Shown: positions 1 through 9,500 of the stretch, one piece after another
Layout: every line of letters begins with the position of its first letter
Position numbering within the stretch: the first letter of the stretch is position 1
Origin: a virus
DNA length: 64,000 nt
Virus record (IMG/VR): IMGVR_UViG_3300017766_005733
Coordinates: 32,001-96,000 of that record
Direction: 5' to 3' (one strand)
Position numbers and translations under genes: made by a program
The notes under the pieces: generated by a model
Seen by the model: only the letters and a program-made list of their open reading frames with translations
Told to the model about the DNA's origin: nothing
Databases searched by the model: none

Positions 1-569
1 TTGGAGCGATCGAGCGCCTGCGAGCGCGCCGCCTCGCCTTCGCTGTGCTCGCTGGCTTCTTGAGCCGGTGACGCGGGAGCGGCGGCCGGCGGGGAGCGAG
101 AGAAACCGCCGAAACCGGCATGGGTGCCGGGGTTCTCTGCGATCGCCTTCTTCAGGCCCTTGTCTTCGTTCTCGATCTGGGCGAGACCGGCGTCGATCTC
201 TTGGCTCCAGAGCACCGGCGCGTCGCGACCCCGCTTCGCCGCATACTCACGAGCCCGCAGCGCTTTCTCGATGCTGGAGCCGATGCCGACGGCCACGGCG
301 CTTTCCCCCAGCGTCTCCTTGAAGCGCTGGCGCTGGCGCACGACCTGAGGCAGGCCCCGCGGGGGAACGGAGACGACGCCTTCGGTGCCAGAAAGCACAA
401 CGACGGCGCCGCCAAGGCCCTGAGCCCAGAGCAGCCACGAGTCCTGAGTCGCCTTCTGCACCTGCTGATGCAGACGCTGCAGGCCCTCAGAATGCGAGGC
501 CGCCACCATCGGCGCCATGCGATGGCCCATGTGGCACTGCCAAGCAACGTACAGCTTCTGCTGGTTCAT
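1..569 (-). CDS. Putative head-associated protein with degenerate mCpol/GGDEF-like N-terminal domain (partial, runs off the left edge)
   Basis: Not in the ORF track. ATG at 569 with GAGG RBS and AATCTT 20 nt upstream. Translation MNQQKLYVAWQCHMGHRM...LGGAVVVLSGTEG...VAVGIG...ALRAREYAAKRG...GLKKA is open to the edge. Confidence 0.7.
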   Translation of the reverse strand, partial: MNQQKLYVAWQCHMGHRMAPMVAASHSEGLQRLHQQVQKATQDSWLLWAQGLGGAVVVLSGTEGVVSVPPRGLPQVVRQRQRFKETLGESAVAVGIGSSIEKALRAREYAAKRGRDAPVLWSQEIDAGLAQIENEDKGLKKAIAENPGTHAGFGGFSRSPPAAAPASPAQEASEHSEGEAARSQALDRS

Positions 570-588
570 GAAGACCTCTTAGACAACG

Positions 589-594
589 AAGATT
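589..594 (-). promoter_or_regulatory. Putative late promoter AATCTT
   Basis: 20 nt upstream of ATG 569; motif recurs before structural operons. Confidence 0.6.
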
Positions 595-603
595 GCGGCG
601 AGA

Positions 604-1839
604 TCAGCGCTTCAGCACCTGATCGGGATGCGTCAAGCCCATCTTCGCGCCAGCCTGATCGACGAGCCCCAAGGCGGTCTCAAGTGGCACCTTCTGGGCC
701 GAGGGCACGAAGCCTTCGTCAGAGGGCTCAGTGAACTTACCCGTCACCGCGCGATGAACGGCATCGTGCATCACCGTGTTCAGTTCCTTGTGGAAGACTT
801 CATCGGGGACGTGCAGCCCGATCTGCTCCGACAACTCGCGCTGCTTGTGTGCCGCCAGCCACTCCCAATGCACCGCCCGCTTGGCCTCGCGCATGCTGCG
901 CTGAACCCCCAGCTTGCCAATGCGTCGGCCCTCGCCGTAGATTTTGTTGAGTTCCGGATACACCAAGGCGTGGGAAAGTTCATGGATCTGACGCCACGCA
1001 TCCGTGTAGTCACGATCACCAAAATCACCACCCGACGACGGCGTGGGGTCGTACACCATCAGGTGCTTCGTGTTGTAGTTGCGGTTGGCGAGGTCGGGTT
1101 TGCCGTACTGGCCACCGGCGTAGTAGGTCTGAAAGCCGTGCTGAGCCACAAGATCACGAACCGCCGGCAGCTTGCCGCGGTAGTCGTAGTGAAACAGGTC
1201 GCTCTTGGTCCCCGGATGAATGTCGCCGTAGGGCTTGGCGTAGTGGGCGTACGTCGAAACGCCGACACCCGCCGCCTGCTCGTTGGCTGGCTTCGGGGGT
1301 GCGTCCATGTGCGGGTGCGCGCCCGGCTTCGGCGGCGCCGGGGGATTGTCGGCCTTCGCCAGCCCCGCCATGTGCATGCGCGTGTGGCCGTCATGCCACT
1401 CGTAGGCGTGGGGGTGCGGGTAGCGTCCCCGCGGGGCCTCTGACTTCGTCAGGGCCTGCTCCTGCGGCAGATGGCCGTCAGCGCCATGGCCACGGAAGCG
1501 ATAGACGCCCTTCTGGGCCTGCAGGCGCTGGGTGACTTCCGGCGGCACGGGGCCAATGGGCTCGATACCCAGAGCCTTGAGGTGCTGCGAGTACAGAGCG
1601 CCGTGGCGCTGGGCCTCTTCGATGGCGCCCGCGGCCTTGGCGGTCTTGGCGCCCATCAGGTGATGGGCGGCGGCGTTCAGGTGCTGGTCACGGACGTACT
1701 CGCCATGGGCCTGCTCTTCGGCGGCCTCGCGCGTCAGGCCGCGGCCGAACTCCAAAACCGCCGCCCGATGATCGAGTTCAGCGGCGTGACCGCCGTCCAT
1801 GATACGACGCCCCTGCCACATCCCATCATTCTTTGCCAT
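604..1839 (-). CDS. Putative head cargo protein with HExxH zincin metallopeptidase domain
   Basis: IHELSHAL motif; LTKSE and LAKAD linker motifs; start MAKNDG overlaps the upstream gene stop. Confidence 0.65.
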   Translation of the reverse strand: MAKNDGMWQGRRIMDGGHAAELDHRAAVLEFGRGLTREAAEEQAHGEYVRDQHLNAAAHHLMGAKTAKAAGAIEEAQRHGALYSQHLKALGIEPIGPVPPEVTQRLQAQKGVYRFRGHGADGHLPQEQALTKSEAPRGRYPHPHAYEWHDGHTRMHMAGLAKADNPPAPPKPGAHPHMDAPPKPANEQAAGVGVSTYAHYAKPYGDIHPGTKSDLFHYDYRGKLPAVRDLVAQHGFQTYYAGGQYGKPDLANRNYNTKHLMVYDPTPSSGGDFGDRDYTDAWRQIHELSHALVYPELNKIYGEGRRIGKLGVQRSMREAKRAVHWEWLAAHKQRELSEQIGLHVPDEVFHKELNTVMHDAVHRAVTGKFTEPSDEGFVPSAQKVPLETALGLVDQAGAKMGLTHPDQVLKR

Positions 1840-3283
1840 GATTTTGTCCCCGATAGACGGTGTCCAAGAAAGCGAAGATGGCGTCTTCCTTCCACTTGCC
1901 GCCAAAGGACAGCAGGTAGCTGGACTCCTTCTTCTCCAACTTCACGTCATTCGCCAGATCCCGGAAGCAGTAGCAGGCCTGAAACAGACCACCAGCCGAC
2001 AGCTGATGACCGTCACAGACGCCGCAGGCCGCCGTCAGCTGCTTCTCAGAGAGACGCAGCGACGGCAGCTTCATGGTAGCCTTGGGGGGCGGCGGCGGCT
2101 TGCGACCGCGCAGCTTCGGCGGCTGCACCTGCTGTCGACTCGGGGCATCGGGCTGAAGGGGGCCGGCCTGCTGCGTGGGTTTGTGCGCGGGCCCCGGCAT
2201 CTCAGCCGAGCCCTTTCCCGCCTTCTCCAGATCCGAGTGCAGCTGGTTGAAGTCGAAGTCGTGGGTGAAGATGCGGCCGTCGGGCAGGATCGTGTAGTAG
2301 TCCTCGGGCTTCTCGGCGTGCCACTTCGTGCCCTGACCCGGATGATGCTTACCGGTGTTCTCGCCGTTGACCATCAGCATCTTGTGATGCAGGCCATCGG
2401 AGTGAATCACGGATTCCTGCCCCAGATCACGAGCCAGCCCCTCGATCATCTTCGGGTTCTTGGGGTTGTAGACGATCAGGGAGTTCTCGGGGCGACCGTA
2501 GCTACCGATGGTGGGGTGAGCGTCTTCGCCGGCGTCGCGCAGGTACTGGACCGCCTGCTGGTTGCTGAGGTCCTTCGTCTTCGGGAAGAGGGGATTCTCG
2601 GCCGACATCAGGGTGTGGGGTGGCAGGGACTGCTCAGCCTTCTGCAGATCGAAGCCGACAAGTGACCGAACGGCATCCACCATCTTCTTTTCAAGAGTGG
2701 GGTAGCGGCGATCGGTCTCCATCGCCTGCAGCGTCAGCGACTTGTGGCCACCGGAAAGCGTCGCCTTGCCAACCTGCTGCCCCAAGCTGTTGACGGCATA
2801 CAGCAGCGTGAGTGGCGCCGGGCCGCTGACGTCGTATTCGTGCTCAAACGTGAACTCAGAGCGCTCAGACGCCATCTTGCGCAACGCCGCATGGGCGACG
2901 CGGGCGCCGACGAGGGCGTCAACGCTCTTTCCAAGGCGATACAGGTCGGCGTCCGACACGACCTCGGGCACGCGGCTGCGATCAAGGCCCATGACGACGC
3001 CAAGGGCCGCGGCGACGTGGAGCAGGGAGGCAGTGTCAAAGGAGTAGTCGACGTCGCCCAGCGTCATCGCGCCATGAAAGCCGGTGTCAGACTTCTGCAG
3101 CACCAGACGTCCGCCGACCCCCGGAATCTCGCCATCGTAGCCATGGCCGGCGAGGGCCAGCCAAGAATATAGGGCTCGTGGCACCATGGCGTTGTCAAGA
3201 TGCGGAAGGCGCTCCGCGGCCTTGCGAAGCGCCTTGGCGCCTTCAGGGCCGACGAGGGCCGTCAGGATCTGGTGTCGATTCAT
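1826..3283 (-). CDS. Multidomain putative head cargo protein with T3-type SAM lyase-like domain and C-terminal Cys cluster
   Basis: LMSAEN...YLRDAG...GSYGRPENSLIV...LARDLGQESVI...YYTILPDGRIF; six LxK[SAM] motifs; CGVC/CYC near the C-terminus. Confidence 0.65.
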   Translation of the reverse strand: MNRHQILTALVGPEGAKALRKAAERLPHLDNAMVPRALYSWLALAGHGYDGEIPGVGGRLVLQKSDTGFHGAMTLGDVDYSFDTASLLHVAAALGVVMGLDRSRVPEVVSDADLYRLGKSVDALVGARVAHAALRKMASERSEFTFEHEYDVSGPAPLTLLYAVNSLGQQVGKATLSGGHKSLTLQAMETDRRYPTLEKKMVDAVRSLVGFDLQKAEQSLPPHTLMSAENPLFPKTKDLSNQQAVQYLRDAGEDAHPTIGSYGRPENSLIVYNPKNPKMIEGLARDLGQESVIHSDGLHHKMLMVNGENTGKHHPGQGTKWHAEKPEDYYTILPDGRIFTHDFDFNQLHSDLEKAGKGSAEMPGPAHKPTQQAGPLQPDAPSRQQVQPPKLRGRKPPPPPKATMKLPSLRLSEKQLTAACGVCDGHQLSAGGLFQACYCFRDLANDVKLEKKESSYLLSFGGKWKEDAIFAFLDTVYRGQNHGKE

Positions 3284-3289
3284 GCCACA

Positions 3290-4180
3290 CTACCTCGGGC
3301 TGAAGGTCCCCTGCCGAGGGGCAGGAGCCTGTCGGGGATTGGGGGGCGGAGACAGGGCCTCGCCCTGCACCGGAGCCGCCTCCGACTCAAACAGATATTC
3401 CCGTTGAATAGCCAGACTCATAGGCATCCGCTGGACGGCGCTGCTGCCATCCACCATCTCGCCACGCGCCACGCGCACCTCGTGAATGAGATGCGTGACG
3501 TACCAGTAGGGGCGATAGAGGTAGCGAACGGCGCAGACCTGCCCCTTTTCGCCACTGATGGGCGCAAGCGGACGACGACCGCTGCCCCAGACGATGGCAC
3601 CACGATCAATAGCGAAGTCTACGCCAAGGTGGTAGCGGTTGCCGTCGCTGTCCACGAGATCGATGACGAACTCGATGGGGAAGCTGACGCGATCTCGTCC
3701 CGACACCGAGCACTCAAAGAGTTCCCAGTTGGTGACGAAGATGCCGGGCTCCATCAGGTACAGGCGATCGTACTTCGTGGCGTAGAACGGCGTCTGGGTT
3801 TCGTTGTAGAACCGCGGCGTCGTCAGCTGAGCCGAGCCCTCATTGACGAAGCCCGGCGCCACCTGACGATCCGACGACTGGTTGCCAGTGAAGACGGCAG
3901 TGATCTGGCCGCCCAGCGTGTAGATGAAGCCATGGCTGCAGCCAGCGTGATTGTCGTGCGACTTCCGGATGTCGGTGGTCGACGTCATGCCGATGGGGCA
4001 GCGCATAGCGCGATAGTGCAGGAAATGGATGCCATGACCGGAAATCGCGACGTCGAAGGCATCGGTATCGAAAGAAACGAGATCGCGTGGAAAATCCGAT
4101 ACCAGAGCCACCGCCGGAGGCGGCTCAGACAGTACCTGCCCCCCGATCACGGGGTAGATGCTGGGCGTTTCAGCGGCCAT
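3290..4180 (-). CDS. Head completion/neck-type virion protein
   Basis: Lies in the structural operon; beta-rich, with RAMRCP...C..G and YLYRPYWYV patterns like myovirus head-closure proteins. Confidence 0.55.
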   Translation of the reverse strand: MAAETPSIYPVIGGQVLSEPPPAVALVSDFPRDLVSFDTDAFDVAISGHGIHFLHYRAMRCPIGMTSTTDIRKSHDNHAGCSHGFIYTLGGQITAVFTGNQSSDRQVAPGFVNEGSAQLTTPRFYNETQTPFYATKYDRLYLMEPGIFVTNWELFECSVSGRDRVSFPIEFVIDLVDSDGNRYHLGVDFAIDRGAIVWGSGRRPLAPISGEKGQVCAVRYLYRPYWYVTHLIHEVRVARGEMVDGSSAVQRMPMSLAIQREYLFESEAAPVQGEALSPPPNPRQAPAPRQGTFSPR

Positions 4181-4183
4181 GGA

Positions 4184-4495
4184 TCAGTGCCCCTGACGCC
4201 GGCGCACGCTGTCGGTGATCGCCTCCCACTTCGGCAGCAGATGGCGGATGCAGTCCTCTTCCACGAACTCCGACTTGCTGAGTTCCGTCAGCTGGAGCCC
4301 CTTGGCCTTCTTCGTCGCCAGCCAGCGGGCGACGGCCTTGTGGCTGCCGACGCCAAGGGTCTCGGGGCCCTTGGTGCGCGCGGCGAGAACCATGTAGAGG
4401 CCGCCGACGGTCGAAACCTCATAGACGGCGTCGCTGCCGTCCGTGCCGATCTTCTTCTTCGACCGGATCTCGGATGCCGGGATAGTCGCTGTCAT
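4184..4495 (-). CDS. Small hypothetical virion protein
   Basis: GGAGG RBS, AATCTT upstream, LSKSE motif. Confidence 0.7.
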   Translation of the reverse strand: MTATIPASEIRSKKKIGTDGSDAVYEVSTVGGLYMVLAARTKGPETLGVGSHKAVARWLATKKAKGLQLTELSKSEFVEEDCIRHLLPKWEAITDSVRRRQGH

Positions 4496-4519
4496 GTGAT
4501 CCTCCGGATCGTCGCCCCA

Positions 4520-4525
4520 AAGATT
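4520..4525 (-). promoter_or_regulatory. Putative late promoter AATCTT
   Basis: 25 nt upstream of ATG 4495. Confidence 0.6.
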
Positions 4526-4528
4526 GCC

Positions 4529-6580
4529 TCAGACGCCGGCCCAGAGGCCATTGACGAAGCCACCGAGGTCGCCGCCGGCTTCTTTGATCTGGCGCAGACG
4601 CATGATTTCAGGTCGAGGATCGATGTCAAAGGTCCTCAGAGCCTCGGCCATCTTCTCTTCCGAGAGAGACGCCAGCCAAGACTTCATGCGAATGGCAACG
4701 GACGCCGGCAAATCCGGCATCAGCGCCAGCTTCTGCTTCGGCGCAAGGGTGTTGAAGGTCTCACCCTGCGGCGTCATGAAGCGAAGGTAGAAGGGCGTGA
4801 AAGATTCCTGATCGTGGGCGGGATCGAAGTGGATGCCGGCGAAGGCCGATCCATGATCAATCAAATGGATCTCGCCCTGCGGATTCATGAGCATGTTGTG
4901 GCCATGCCGATCGCCGTTTCCCGCCACCCAGTCAAGGACCGACCACTGCCAAAGGCGGCCGCGGAGGCGGTAGGACTCCATGGCCGACAGCACCCGCCCC
5001 GGATCCTGTTCTCGGATGTCGATCAGAGGCTTGAACTCTTCTGGCAGGAAGCTGATGGCGGCGTAGAGTTTGTCGTCGACCTTGACCCACTCAGTGCGCG
5101 CGAGGTCGCCCGCAAGCCCCCAAGAGCGCGCAAGCTGCCAGAAGGCGCCTTCACGGGCACTCGGCGGCGCCGGATCGTCTTGGATGCCCTTGATGGGGCC
5201 GGCGCGGCCACTGCCCGGCTTCATGTACCAAGTACCGGCGGGGGTGTCGATGAAGAAGGAGCCAGCGCTGTGGCGACCATCGAGATGCGCTGGACGCGCA
5301 GAGAAGACATTGTCAGTCAGCAGCTTGGCGACGTCTTCGCCGCTGGCGTGCATGGCCTCGATCTTCGACCTCGGCGTCACAGGCAGACTGCTCTTGGCCT
5401 CCGCCTTCGTCAAAGACTCCGACTTCACCAGCGGCATCATCTCAACCGCCGCCTTCAGGATGCCTCGGTTCTCTGCGGTGTCGGGCCAGTTGATGGCAGC
5501 CAAGGCCGTGGCCACGGGATCGGCGTCGTTGAGCCACGCCAGATGCCGCAGGCTCAACAGTGCCTCTTCGTCGTCACGGGCCTTCTCGCCCGTCAGCGAC
5601 AGCGCCGCGCGCCAATGTGCATAGACGCCGGGAGGCAACGGCAACAGGAAGTCGCGGGCAACCTCCGACTTGTCAAGGCGAGCCGTCAACAGGCGGTCGC
5701 GCAGTTCCTCGGAGATGCGAGGCGGCAGGCTACGCATCATCGCCAGATGCCGCAGCCCCTCGCCGTCATGGAACGCGGCGTCCATCCACTGCTCAGCGTC
5801 TTCCTCCGTCAACGGCGCCGACAGCGGCACGCGCTCCCACGCCCCCTGCGGCAGCACCAGTTGCTCCCAGAACTGACGCCAGACGTCTTCGGGCATCAGC
5901 GCCTGCGCATCAGGGGAAGCAGAGGCGATGAACAGCAACAGCGGATTGTCCTGCGCCGGCAAGTCCGCCGGCGAGCGCTGCGCCAGCTGACGGTAGATCG
6001 TGGGGATGAAGTCAAGGGGCACAGCGGGCATCAAGGCATCGAGCAGATGCTGGCCGGCTTCAGGTGACTCAATGGCGAGTCGCTTCAAAAGCGCATCGCG
6101 GCCCTCTTTCGTGCGCAGCTGCTGGGCATTGTGCTCCGTAGCCGCGGGGTGGCCGACGATGTCGAGAAGGCGCTCCATCTTGACGTGACGCACTACGTCA
6201 CACCACGCCTTGCCGTCGTACAGCTGGTGAACGATATGGGGCGCCGGCAGATCATCGATGACGCGATCGGCGATGGCCTGCGAGACGTGGCGGGGGCCAA
6301 ACCCCGGCATCGTGGTAGCCAGTGCCCGCTCTCTTGCGTCATCGGCGGCCAGAGCCCGGTAGGCGTCGCGCTCTTCTTCGGGCGCTGGCTGGGAGGGAAC
6401 CTCGGCCGATGCCTTGTGGTTGAGGAAGAACTCGTGTGCCGTGGCGCGGATGGCGTTAGACGCCGCGGCGTTGCCGAGGGCATCGACATTGGCGATGGCG
6501 GCGGCGATCTGGTCGCGGGTGGCGCTGGGGCTCAGGATCAGCCTCTCAGCGGCCTTCAGTGTTGCGATGACGTTGCTCAT
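4529..6580 (-). CDS. Putative head cargo protein with C-terminal PI3/PI4-kinase/HipA-like kinase domain
   Basis: WYMKPG...REGAFW...LDWVAGNGDRHGHNMLM...LIDHG; preceded by LDKSE/LVKSE/LTKAE. Confidence 0.75.
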   Translation of the reverse strand: MSNVIATLKAAERLILSPSATRDQIAAAIANVDALGNAAASNAIRATAHEFFLNHKASAEVPSQPAPEEERDAYRALAADDARERALATTMPGFGPRHVSQAIADRVIDDLPAPHIVHQLYDGKAWCDVVRHVKMERLLDIVGHPAATEHNAQQLRTKEGRDALLKRLAIESPEAGQHLLDALMPAVPLDFIPTIYRQLAQRSPADLPAQDNPLLLFIASASPDAQALMPEDVWRQFWEQLVLPQGAWERVPLSAPLTEEDAEQWMDAAFHDGEGLRHLAMMRSLPPRISEELRDRLLTARLDKSEVARDFLLPLPPGVYAHWRAALSLTGEKARDDEEALLSLRHLAWLNDADPVATALAAINWPDTAENRGILKAAVEMMPLVKSESLTKAEAKSSLPVTPRSKIEAMHASGEDVAKLLTDNVFSARPAHLDGRHSAGSFFIDTPAGTWYMKPGSGRAGPIKGIQDDPAPPSAREGAFWQLARSWGLAGDLARTEWVKVDDKLYAAISFLPEEFKPLIDIREQDPGRVLSAMESYRLRGRLWQWSVLDWVAGNGDRHGHNMLMNPQGEIHLIDHGSAFAGIHFDPAHDQESFTPFYLRFMTPQGETFNTLAPKQKLALMPDLPASVAIRMKSWLASLSEEKMAEALRTFDIDPRPEIMRLRQIKEAGGDLGGFVNGLWAGV

Positions 6581-9500
6581 GGTTCACCGTAGGACGCCGC
6601 GATGGCTTTGCCCTTCTGATACTCTTTCTGCGCCGTCTTCAGGTATTCGTCAAGATGTTTCGACGTGCCGTCGGAGATCAGCCAGTCTTTGAGGTTGTCG
6701 TGCAGCGACTCATAGCCCTTGTTCCAGCCCATGGCCGACTTGGGCTCCATGCCGTTGTTGATCATGATCAACGAGATCAGGTTGCCGAGACGCGCGTCTT
6801 CGACGCCGCCGCCGTGCGAAGGACTGCGCTTGGCCAACAGGGCGTGGTTGACCACGGCGTTGTTGAGGCGTTCGTTGTCGCCGGCGATCTCGCGACGATG
6901 AGCGAACCCCACAAGGCGAGCGAACTGCGCGCAGTTGTGGGTGTAGGCCATAGGCGTCTTGGCGTCCACCTCGCCGTCGTTCGTGAAGTGGAAGAACTGC
7001 TTGTCTTCTCGACGCTTCTGATGTTCTTCGGGCGTCGAGGCCGCCGGCATAAGATGATCGAAGGCGATGTCGTGGGAGTAGTGACGGGCGGGGATCTCCG
7101 TGGAGGCCTCTTCCATTGCCGCCTGTGGCCCGAGCCCCTTGCCGCGCCCCTCGTAGTCGTGGTCGCGATGCGAGACGCTGTGAAACAGTTCGTGCATCAC
7201 CACCGCCCATGAATCATGATGGGCCTCAGGGTTGAAGGCCGCGGTTCCGCCAAGGGATTCCATGAACTGGCCGGCGTGAGTCTCATGTACCCGGACGCCA
7301 CCACCATTTTTGGTCCCGTAATCGCCGAGGACGCCGGGGGGCAGCTGCTGGCTGGTGGCCCTGACAACCGACGTCAGGGGCAGCGAGTTGCCGCCTTCGT
7401 TGATGCCAGTGACGTGAGCCAGACCCCGACGCAGGCGCTGCAGATGAGGTGCGTTCTGGCCGTCATCAAAGGCCGCCCCCCACTTGTTCAGCGTCTCGCC
7501 TCGCACCTGCCCAAGAGCCTTGCTACGCAAGTCCCCCGGCGCCGCGGCCGCAGCCCGCATGGCCTTGTTGTGGGCCGCGTAGATGTCACTTGGCTGATGC
7601 GGGAACGAGAAGTGCTCGTGCTTGGGCACGAACGACGGGTCGATCTTCGGCGGCGGCCGATTCACGAAGTCCATCTTCTTCAGGCGCTCAGCTGCGGCGC
7701 CAGCGTGCGCGGACTCCTGCCAGAACTTGTCCTGACCGTAGGCGCGCACCACACTCACCGGCTGCTTCGCGAGATGCGTCGGGTCTTTGCTCTTCAGCGG
7801 CTTCCAGAACTCGTGGTTGCCCGTGGGCTCGCCGACGGCCTTCTCGGCCTTCAGCAGATACGAGTACGGGCCGGCGCGTTCGTCGTAGTCCTGTCCCGTG
7901 GTCACATGTGACTTGTACTCGGGCTCGTAGCCGAGGCCGTGCTTTGCCGCCAACTGCATGTGGGTACGAGAAGCGGCCGTGGAATGCTCTTCGCCGGCGA
8001 CGCTGCGCAGCCGCAAGTGATTCTTTGCGTGCGACAGCAGGGCCTCATACATCGCCACGCCCAGCCGCTGCTTCCTCAGACCTCGGTGCAGGAAGGTGTT
8101 GGTGACGTTGAGCGTCTTCTTGTCGACGCGACCAGTGACTGTACCCACCTGCTTGCCCTCGACGTTGTAGAGTCGGGCCGTGGGCATAGGGTCGCCGGTT
8201 TCATCCGGAACATCGCTGACGCGCAGCGACAGCCCCTGACTTCGATGCTCAGGCGTCAAGACGTGGTTGTAGTCGAAGCTGTTGGCACCGACCTTCTGCC
8301 CCACGGGAATGTCCTTGAGCGCCATCTTGCGCAGGAACGATTCGCGGTATGGGCCGTAGCTATCAAGGGCCTCTTTGGCGCTGGGCTCGTGATCGATGTC
8401 GCCGGCGACAGAGTAGAGTCTCGTCATCGGGCGACCGCTGAAGTCCTTCTCCTCGATGAAGCGCTTGTTGGGACTGTCTAGTGCCTCGTCGAGGCTTGCG
8501 ATTGGAAAGCCATTCAGCTTCGCCGATGCCACGGGGTTTTCGTTCCACGGCTCTGATGTCTGCGCGTGGTGCTGCTCTGGCGTCTCGGGGGCACCCTTGG
8601 CGCCAACGACGCCGGGCATCGCAAGGATCTTGTCCCAGACCTTGTTGGCCGTCGGCGAAACCGACTTGTCGCTTCGCATCTTTCCGTGATACCGCAGCAT
8701 GCGCTGATACAGCAGGGTGCCGTATCCGGAGCCTTGAGCGCTGCCATGGGTTGCTGTTTCGCCGTGCTCGACGACGCCATTGCTGTCGACGCTGGCCGCC
8801 GAGGAGGAAACAGGGAACCCAAAAGGCTCCTTGTCGTAAGACAGCATGTGCATCACGCTGTATCCGCCGTGGTCGTATGGTGTGTCCTTGACGACATGGT
8901 GGTACAGGGGCTTCTCGCGGCTGCCGTGGTCTTCCCCAGCCGGGCGCTGGCTGTGAGGCACCCGATACGTCTCGATGCTCTGCAGGCCACCCTCGTACTG
9001 GCTGGTGCGATGAGGCCTCATGCCATGCTGCACGGCCTCGTAGGCCATCTTGTGCAGGTAGTCAGACTTCTTGAGGGTGCCGGGCTTGATCTTGACCTTC
9101 GCCGGCGCCTTCATGCCCTGCATCGTCTTCATGTACTCTTTGACGTAACCCGACTTGGCGATCTGCTGAGGCGTGGCGTTGATGGCCGCACCGCGACCCC
9201 AGCGCCAGCCGTAGGCCGTGCGCTCAGGCGTCTTCAGCTTGTCCTGCAGCCACTTCCAGTGATCGGAGGCGACCTCGTTGTAGAACTTGTGGTCGCTCTG
9301 GAACTTGGCGGTGAAAGAGTCCTGATCCAATCCCGGATACTTCGCCTGCAGGCCTTTGCTGTTCTGGTACTGGTCGTAGCCCGACACGGGCTTGAAGCCA
9401 ACGGCGCCGAAGGCCGTGTGGAAGGGCCCCTTGGAATGCGCGGCGTGCTTGATGTTCTTGCCAAACGACGACTCCAGCTGCGCCACCGGATGCAGACCCG

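Noticed and set aside
3200-6067. Long antisense ORFs (e.g. 3200-6067+, 8566-10503+, 17783-19642+, 39710-41581-, 45386-47173-, 57200-59308-)
   Set aside because: Shadow frames of GC-rich genes on the other strand; no motifs or RBS.
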